Assembly (NCBI GenBank): GCA_023659775.1
Contig: JAGXOS010000005.1
Location: 1-32,000 of the forward strand
DNA from: Methanomicrobia archaeon LH_S14
GTDB taxonomy: Archaea; Halobacteriota; Syntropharchaeia; Alkanophagales; Methanospirareceae
Length of the DNA: 32,000 nucleotides
Direction of reading: 5' to 3'
A model generated the notes under the pieces. It ran no database searches and was not told the DNA's origin. It saw only the letters and a list, made by a program, of their open reading frames with translations. Shown here in pieces: positions 25,464 to 32,000 of the stretch. Each line of letters begins with the position of its first letter. Within the stretch, counting starts at the first letter, position 1. The position numbers and the translations under genes were made by a program.

Positions 25464-25750
25464 CAGAGATTTTCAAGCCGTTTCTTGTTGACCGTGTGAT
25501 ATTCAAGCTGGTGAATAAGAATATGCTCAGCGATGCGGATTTTGTGCAAGAGCTAAAGTCATGTCTGCTGAACGATAAAGGGCGGCGGATATTTCTCGCG
25601 GAATGGGATGCTAAGTTGAAGACGACGATAAAGCATCGCGAGTTGAAACGAAACGTTTCTTATCAGAGGTTGATTCGGCTGGAGTGCTATAAGCTGACGA
25701 AGCATTTACTGGGCACGAAACCGTATAAGCCGTTTGTGATGTGGTGGTAA
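25451..25750 (+). pseudogene. cas1: Cas1 C-terminal fragment (~95 aa), catalytic core deleted
   Basis: [22 protein letters not shown]...[13 protein letters not shown]...[27 protein letters not shown] is the Cas1 C-terminal helical tail. The frame opens only at 25451, directly at the cas4 fragment end. Confidence 0.7.
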
Positions 25751-25751
25751 A

Positions 25752-25778
25752 AAACTTTTTTACGAATTAAAAAAGTTT
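25752..25778 (+). other. A/T hairpin between the cas1 remnant and cas2
   Basis: AAACTTTTTT (25752-25761), loop ACGAATT, AAAAAAGTTT (25769-25778). It places T-runs on both strands. Confidence 0.5.
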
Positions 25779-25811
25779 ATTAAAAAACCGCTTCGCTGTT
25801 TGCTTCGCAAA

Positions 25812-26075
25812 ATGTATGTAATAATCGTGTACGACATGAATGTGGAAAGAGTAGCGAAGATATGCCAGTATCTCCGCAGGTATCTGGATTGGGTGCAGAA
25901 TTCGGTATTTGAAGGTGAACTCACGGATTCGCAGTTCAAAAGGATAAAGCACGATTTAAAGGAGCTAATGCACGAGGATGAAGATTCCGTGCGGTTTTAC
26001 ACTTTCAGGACAAAAGAGCAGGTGAAGATCGAGACGATGGGCATTCTGAAGGCGGATATAGAGTGCATAATTTAA
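25812..26075 (+). CDS. cas2: Cas2
   Basis: MYVIIVYDM...RVAKICQYLRRYLDWVQNSVFEGELT...DSVRFY is the Cas2 ferredoxin-fold signature. Confidence 0.85.
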   Translation: MYVIIVYDMNVERVAKICQYLRRYLDWVQNSVFEGELTDSQFKRIKHDLKELMHEDEDSVRFYTFRTKEQVKIETMGILKADIECII

Positions 26076-26088
26076 TTGACATGGCGAT

Positions 26089-26123
26089 AATGCAAAATGC
26101 AAAATGCAAAATGCAAAATGCAA
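26089..26123 (+). repeat. perfect tandem heptamer (AATGCAA)x5 at the start of the CRISPR leader
   Basis: Read directly from the sequence. It begins 14 nt after the cas2 stop. Confidence 0.9.
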
Positions 26124-26195
26124 AATGCAAACTGTAAAATTCCGAAACAAATTATACTCATGTAAAAAGGAACGGTTTTACAGTAGTTGTGGATC

Positions 26196-26203
26196 TTTAT
26201 ATA
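26196..26203 (+). promoter_or_regulatory. leader TATA box (TTTATATA) for pre-crRNA transcription
   Basis: The archaeal TATA consensus lies 92 nt upstream of repeat 1, which predicts a start about 65 nt before the first repeat. Confidence 0.5.
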
Positions 26204-26294
26204 CTATGCGGGTTATTGTATATTCCAGATAGAGGTGTGTGAAAAGGGCAGTGGAAAGCGAAGCGAAAGCATAAAAGGGCCGATTTTCCGGGCT

Positions 26295-28979
26295 GTTAAA
26301 CACGGACTAAGATAGGATTGAAACACAAATCATGGATATGTATCATAGAGGCATAATAGATTGTTAAACACGGACTAAGATAGGATTGAAACATCATAGA
26401 AACTATCATAATCAATTATACCGCGGTGTTAAACACGGACTAAGGTAGGATTGAAACAAAAGTAACACCCGACAGCGACAAAGCGATAAAGCGAGTTAAA
26501 CACGGACTAAGGTAGGATTGAAACGCAACTCCTTCGGTATTATATTTCCTTCCATTTTTCTTTGTTAAACACGGACTAAGGTAGGATTGAAACTGTAGAC
26601 GGTATGAACGAAGCGGAAGACCCTATAGAGTTAAACACGGACTAAGGTAGGATTGAAACGAAATATCGTAAACATAGGGAAGGGAAAGATAGAGAGTTAA
26701 ACACGGACTAAGGTAGGATTGAAACATACGATAGTAATAGTATAATCCCTCAGGTAAATCTTGTTAAACACGGACTAAGGTAGGATTGAAACTTTAAGCA
26801 AACTATCAGTATCAAACTGCAAATTGAGGTTAAACACGGACTAAGGTAGGATTGAAACAGATTTATAAGGTATGTAACACATTCCTCCTTCGTTATCGTT
26901 AAACACGGACTAAGGTAGGATTGAAACAATTGACATTAGCTTGTCAGTGTAGTTTTTTACCGTGTTAAACACGGACTAAGGTAGGATTGAAACTACTGGT
27001 ATGAATACTGGTGGGACAGGGACGCAGGGTTAAACACGGACTAAGGTAGGATTGAAACGTTACAGCATCATTTACTATTTTAGCTGTTGTTACAGTTAAA
27101 CACGGACTAAGGTAGGATTGAAACCAAAATACAGGGACACACCGATATCATGTAACTCAAGTTAAACACGGACTAAGGTAGGATTGAAACCTCGCTATAA
27201 TTACCCTCTATCAGTTTGCTGTATGGGGTTAAACACGGACTAAGGTAGGATTGAAACAAAATAAAAAGCTTTTTCCAGTAAGAAGCCCCTAAGTTAAACA
27301 CGGACTAAGATAGGATTGAAACGAGCGAACCCAACTTTCTCTAACGTTTCTGTTACCTCGTTAAACACGGACTAAGATAGGATTGAAACGTTCTTTTCTC
27401 TCTATTTGCTCGTATCGCTAGTGCGTTAAACACGGACTAAGATAGGATTGAAACAATTGGAGCAATAGCAATAATGCTAACATTTAGGGAGGGTTAAACA
27501 CGGACTAAGATAGGATTGAAACTTAAATATATCACTCTTTTCTATTGGTATGTCCTCAGTTAAACACGGACTAAGATAGGATTGAAACATAGTATGCTTG
27601 AGGTGTTTTTCCTTCATGAGGTATAGTTAAACACGGACTAAGATAGGATTGAAACTCTTGTATTAGTATATCGTACATGTCCTGAGCATGGTTAAACACG
27701 GACTAAGATAGGATTGAAACCAAAATACAGGGACACACCGATATCATGTAACTCAAGTTAAACACGGACTAAGATAGGATTGAAACATAGGATATGCTAA
27801 CACACCATTTTTTGTTACATAGTTAAACACGGACTAAGATAGGATTGAAACAAATACATATATAGATACATGGTTTGATGAACGTAGTTAAACACGGACT
27901 AAGATAGGATTGAAACGAAGCACCACCGGGTGATTATACTATAACACCACCAGTTAAACACGGACTAAGATAGGATTGAAACATAATCTGCGTTGGATTC
28001 CCTTCTGCATCCCGTTCCAGGTTAAACACGGACTAAGATAGGATTGAAACTTTGTGTTTGAATCGGGACATACGTACAGTTTTCATGGTTAAACACGGAC
28101 TAAGATAGGATTGAAACAATTTTAATCTCGTAGGTTTCAAGGGGAAATAAATTGTTAAACACGGACTAAGATAGGATTGAAACTATTTAGAACGTATCGG
28201 CTCCGCTACATTCTCGTAGAGTTAAACACGGACTAAGATAGGATTGAAACTTTGCTTCGAGATAGCGTCCATACTCACCCAATCCGGTTAAACACGGACT
28301 AAGATAGGATTGAAACATATAATATCAAAATTCGAATTGAAAGCGGATTTCGGTTAAACACGGACTAAGGTAGGATTGAAACGGAATACATGTTAGAGTT
28401 TCAAAGGCTGCTTGAGGAGTTAAACACGGACTAAGGTAGGATTGAAACATGACACGTGAAGGGATTGAGATAAAATGTGCTTATGTTAAACACGGACTAA
28501 GGTAGGATTGAAACTCTCATATCACCTCCATTTCTGTTCGGTAGGTATTAGTTAAACACGGACTAAGGTAGGATTGAAACTATTCGTAGCTCTACTACCG
28601 TCCATCTCAAACCCTCGTTAAACACGGACTAAGGTAGGATTGAAACGGCGATTAACGGTTTAGGGCACTTTAGAGCGACGAAGTTAAACACGGACTAAGG
28701 TAGGATTGAAACTATTCATTGTATCTCCACACTCTGTCACTGCTGAATCGTTAAACACGGACTAAGGTAGGATTGAAACAAAAGCTTTTATGCGGTTTTT
28801 GTATAACATATATTTAGTTAAACACGGACTAAGGTAGGATTGAAACTAAAGCTCCCGCTGGAGAAGAGAAGAAAAGACTAATAGTTAAACACGGACTAAG
28901 GTAGGATTGAAACAGCATATATCAATCCGTTGCAGACAGAGATGTAACGGTTAAACACGGACTAAGGTAGGATTGAAAT
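26295..28979 (+). CRISPR. CRISPR array, 41 repeats x 30 bp, 40 spacers of 35-39 bp
   Basis: The repeat is GTTAAACACGGACTAAG[A/G]TAGGATTGAAAC. Its 3' end ATTGAAAC is the typical 8-nt crRNA 5' handle, so the transcript is on the + strand with the leader on the cas2 side. The last repeat ends GAAAT (degenerate). Repeats 1-2 and 16-31 carry A at position 18; repeats 3-15 and 32-41 carry G. Confidence 0.97.
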
Positions 28980-29361
28980 CTACCACGTATCTTCTTATAA
29001 CGAACTTGTATCTTGATTCAGGCTCGTATTTAGGGCTGGTTATGTGAAATTCGGTTTCTTCTTCGTCTGAAAATAGAACTACACAATCAGAGAAGCGTTT
29101 TAATATCTCTTTTAATACTGTCCTTTCGTTTGTTCTTGTTAATTTCTGAATGGTGAAATACAGGATGTAAAAATCGCTCCTTCTCGCAATGATTTTTCCG
29201 TCTATAATACTTTCCTTCGCGGTTTTAGTCCAATCTTCAATTGGTATTGGCAAATCCTGATAATTATAGTTCAGCAATTTGCAATACAATGTTCGAGCAT
29301 CGTCTATTCCGCTAAATTTTGTGATGCAATCAAACACCTGTGGAGGTTGGATATAGGGCAT
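28980..29361 (-). pseudogene. N-terminal fragment (~125 aa) of a larger protein, truncated at the last CRISPR repeat; faintly resembles N-termini of type IIG/BREX-type methyltransferase-like proteins
   Basis: The ORF runs from ATG 29361 into the terminal repeat, whose sequence supplies the last residues and the stop. The pattern ...IIARRSDFYILYFTIQKLTRTNERTVLKEILKRFSDCVVLFSDEEETEFHI is only recalled from memory. Confidence 0.35.
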
Positions 29362-29493
29362 TTATTTGTCTCCTGTAAATTTTTCGATGGATAATGCAAA
29401 TGTTAAAGGTTGTGATATAAAAAGGTTTCGTGGACTGATATACTTTTTGAATGAAAAGTATTTCACTTACATCCAGCTTAAAAAGTAAAAAAC

Positions 29494-31245
29494 ATGAACG
29501 AATACGGCTGGGAAAACAGAATACTCAAAATAGACCTTTCGGAATATCGAATAGATAGCTTTGTCCCTGAGGATGCTCTACTCAAAAATTATCTCGGTGG
29601 TCGGGGGCTGGGAGCGAGAATAGTGTATGATAATGGGCAGGTAGATGCACTCTCACCCGATAATGTGCTAATATTTGCCGCTGGTCCATTAACGGGCACC
29701 ACAACACCAGCCTCGGGCAGAGTATCGCTATCCACAAAATCGCCTTTGACAGGAACGATCTTTGATTCTAACTGTGGCGGTTCATTTGGTCCCGAACTGA
29801 AAAAAGCAGGATATGATGCAATAATTATCGCTGGTAAATCACCGGAACCGGTATTTATTGAAATAGAAGATGACCGAGTGGAGATAAAATCCGCAGGGAT
29901 GCTGTGGGGTAAAAACGTGAAAGAGACCACAAATCTTCTAAAAAAAGATAAGGCTTGCGTTGCTTGCGTTGCTTGTATAGGCAGAGCAGGGGAGAAACTT
30001 GTGCCTTTGGCTTCGATAATATCAGATTCTAATGGTGTTCATGCTTTTGGGCGCGGTGGTGTAGGTGCAGTAATGGGCTCCAAGAACCTGAAGGCAATTG
30101 TGGTAAAAGGCACGGGAAGAGTTAAAATTTACAACAAGGCAGAATTTTCAAAGCAGAAGAAAGCGATTAACCGGCTTTTAATTGCATGTCCGACCATAAG
30201 CAAAGGGCTGTCGGTTTTTGGAACGCCGTTTTTAGTAAAGATAACGAGCTGGATGAAAGTCCTTCCGGTAGCAAATTTCAGGAAAGCAGAGTCTGAGCCT
30301 GACTTCGACGTTACAACCTTTTTTGCAAAAACCATCACCGAGAAATATTCTCCGAGGAAAAAGGCATGCTATTCCTGTCCAATTGCATGTAAAAGAGAAG
30401 ATAAAGAAGGTAAGGAACTGCCGGAATACGAGACAATTGGTCTGATGGGTGCGAATATTCAAAACCCTGACTATGATGCAGTTGTTGAGGCAAACAGGCT
30501 CTGTAACGATTACGGCTTGGATACGATTTCTGTCGCCGGCGCTTTAGGCTGCTACTCGGAAATACGAAATTTATTAGGCATTTCGCACACTGAGCTTTTG
30601 AATCTAACGAGAATGATAGGAGAAAAAAAAAATATTGGCGAAAAACTTGGTAGAGGTGCAAAGGCTTTTGCTGAATCAGAAGGGCATCCTGAGAAGGCAA
30701 TCCAGGTAAAAGGGCTTTCGCTTCCTTCCTATGATCCCCGGGGTGTAAAAGGCCTGGGTTTCAGCTACGCTACTTCCAATCGCGGAGGATGTCATACAAG
30801 AGCTTATCTCGTCGCTCCGGAAATATTGAGAAAACCAAAGGCAATTGACCCTTACACGCTTGCGGGAAAAGCTGGTCACACAAAAGTATTCCAGGATAGA
30901 TTTGCCGCTGTTGATTCGCTTGTGGTGTGTAAATTCGCATTCTTCGGTGCAGGAGAGGAGGAATATGCGAATATATTAAGTGCCGTTACGGGTGAAAATT
31001 ATACTTCTGAGGATTTAATGCTCGTTGGCGAGAGGATATGGAACCTCGAACGGCTTTATAATGTAAGAGAAGGGTTTGGTAAAGAGGATGATATTTTGCC
31101 CGATAGGTTCTTTAAGGAGAAGGTGAATGGAAGAGTGATAGATAAAGAAGAGTTTTTAAAGACGCTTGACGAATATTATCGTATGCGTGGCTGGGATGAT
31201 AATGGCGTGCCTACGGAAGGCAAATTGAAAAAGTTAGGGATATGA
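29494..31245 (+). CDS. aor: tungsten-type aldehyde:ferredoxin oxidoreductase (AOR family)
   Basis: ILKIDLS...NYLGGRGLGARIVYD, IGRAGE, the [4Fe-4S] motif CYSCPIAC, RGGCHTRAY and MRGWDDNGVPT. Confidence 0.9.
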   Translation: MNEYGWENRILKIDLSEYRIDSFVPEDALLKNYLGGRGLGARIVYDNGQVDALSPDNVLIFAAGPLTGTTTPASGRVSLSTKSPLTGTIFDSNCGGSFGPELKKAGYDAIIIAGKSPEPVFIEIEDDRVEIKSAGMLWGKNVKETTNLLKKDKACVACVACIGRAGEKLVPLASIISDSNGVHAFGRGGVGAVMGSKNLKAIVVKGTGRVKIYNKAEFSKQKKAINRLLIACPTISKGLSVFGTPFLVKITSWMKVLPVANFRKAESEPDFDVTTFFAKTITEKYSPRKKACYSCPIACKREDKEGKELPEYETIGLMGANIQNPDYDAVVEANRLCNDYGLDTISVAGALGCYSEIRNLLGISHTELLNLTRMIGEKKNIGEKLGRGAKAFAESEGHPEKAIQVKGLSLPSYDPRGVKGLGFSYATSNRGGCHTRAYLVAPEILRKPKAIDPYTLAGKAGHTKVFQDRFAAVDSLVVCKFAFFGAGEEEYANILSAVTGENYTSEDLMLVGERIWNLERLYNVREGFGKEDDILPDRFFKEKVNGRVIDKEEFLKTLDEYYRMRGWDDNGVPTEGKLKKLGI

Positions 31246-31811
31246 GAAATAGGATGGAATTCGAAGAAAAACCATGGTTCAGAAAAGAATGGATAGGTAG
31301 CAATGCTAAAGCACCTGGTGTCTACATGGCTTTACTGTTAGTAAGATTCAGGGTGAGGTTGAGGACTGATATTCCTATTCTGTACAGTGACGAGGGAATA
31401 ATAGAGCAGAGGTTAGAACCTTACCTCTCAATTTTCCTGCGAGATAAAAATAAAAAGCTGGTAGAAGCGATAGATGCGGGAAAGGAGTTTTTCAAGGCTT
31501 TAGTTGAGCATACCACGTATAATGAATATGAGGGCGTCTTAGATCGTATTGAAACGGATTTTTATGAAATTTTCAAAGTAGCTTACCTTGAATATGTTAA
31601 CATTAATAGAAAGGAAATTGCGGGAAAAATAGCCGATTACGATGCTACTGCACTCACCAGGACATTTCTGAGCGATGTATCCGCAAACAGATTTTCTAAA
31701 GGTAAAATTACCCACGCAGGCAGTTCCATCTTGCTGACACCTTTCGCGGTGAGCTTATGGAATTTTACGGCTTATCAGAAGAAGATGTACGCAGGTTCAT
31801 GGAAATATTAA
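31242..31811 (+). CDS. hypothetical protein translationally coupled to aor; C-terminus uncertain
   Basis: The ATG overlaps the aor stop (ATATGAGA). I recognise no family. An alternative frame open from about 31713 to 31897 encodes the more protein-like ...ADTFRGELMEFYGLSEEDVRRFMEILRMSGIMFFDIVPAPVVEKEFVGSLRPEK*. Confidence 0.45.
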   Translation: MRNRMEFEEKPWFRKEWIGSNAKAPGVYMALLLVRFRVRLRTDIPILYSDEGIIEQRLEPYLSIFLRDKNKKLVEAIDAGKEFFKALVEHTTYNEYEGVLDRIETDFYEIFKVAYLEYVNINRKEIAGKIADYDATALTRTFLSDVSANRFSKGKITHAGSSILLTPFAVSLWNFTAYQKKMYAGSWKY

Positions 31812-32000
31812 GGATGAGTGGAATCATGTTTTTTGATATTGTTCCTGCTCCGGTTGTTGAAAAGGAATTTGTAGGAAGTTTACGTCCCGAGAAATAACAG
31901 AGCAAAAAATATTTTAGCGGAATTTCATCTTGGATTGAACAAGATTATAACGTGTTAATATGAAGATATCATAAGGATCGGCATATTTCAATGCCCAGCT

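Noticed and set aside
25965-26150. 61-aa minus-strand ORF spanning the cas2 end and the leader
   Set aside because: Its sequence (…CILHFAFCILHFAL…) is simply the translated AATGCAA heptamer array, so it is not a gene.
28951-28979. C-terminal residues (…DFNPTLVRV*) of the 136-aa minus-strand ORF
   Set aside because: These codons are the reverse complement of the last CRISPR repeat. They are not original coding sequence, so the feature was trimmed to 28980-29361.
31548-31555. Isolated ATTGAAAC, identical to the CRISPR repeat 3' handle, considered as a possible degenerate orphan repeat or CreA-like element
   Set aside because: Only the 8-mer matches, which is about what chance would give in 64 kb of two-strand sequence. 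It is inside an ORF, and no further repeat similarity flanks it. I also saw no degenerate repeats in the cas intergenic regions (15745-15834, 17653-17854, 21656-21726, 24313-24474).
1-32000. Idea that the window derives from a Borg-like extrachromosomal element, because of the tandem repeats and cytochrome genes
   Set aside because: The tandem repeats are few and short. The window carries core biosynthetic genes (ahb, ccmF, aor), and nothing element-specific is visible. This cannot be supported from the sequence alone.

Overview
The window looks archaeal. It has BRE/TATA-type promoters (AAAGTTTATATA-like) with short or absent leaders, oligo-T terminators, a PGF-CTERM sorting signal, the alternative Ahb haem pathway and Hdr genes. 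By inference only, the source is a Methanosarcinales/ANME-2-like methane-cycling archaeon.

**1-3.6 kb:** a decayed hdrC/hdrB/hdrA-like cluster plus fdhD and tatA remnants.

**3.7-13.5 kb:** a c-type cytochrome and haem module. It holds a 9-haem PGF-CTERM cytochrome, a fused AhbA/B, an AhbC/D-type radical SAM enzyme, CcmF and a NapC-like pentahaem protein. HEPN-MNT and VapBC toxin-antitoxin pairs, a polytopic membrane protein and an OB-fold protein are interspersed.

**13.5-29.4 kb:** a visibly more A+T-rich defence island. In order it contains:
- a PLD-helicase pseudogene and an MNT/HEPN pair;
- a type I-B locus arranged cas6-[HEPN-MNT-tnpB]-cas8-cas7-cas5-[two unknown ORFs]-cas3-[MNT-DUF86]-cas4/cas1 deletion remnant-cas2;
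- a leader with a heptamer tandem repeat;
- a 41-repeat/40-spacer CRISPR array that ends against a truncated gene.

**29.5-32 kb:** a tungsten-type aldehyde:ferredoxin oxidoreductase and an unknown ORF.

**Most worth follow-up:**
- the two uncharacterised ORFs between cas5 and cas3, one with an R-x4-H HEPN-like motif;
- the HEPN-MNT-TnpB block inside the cas operon;
- MNT/HEPN modules at every cas module boundary;
- the loss of cas1/cas4 despite a long, mosaic two-variant array with a duplicated spacer;
- a cysteine-depleted HdrA paralogue.

No similarity searches could be run. All family calls rest on motifs I recognise in the translations.
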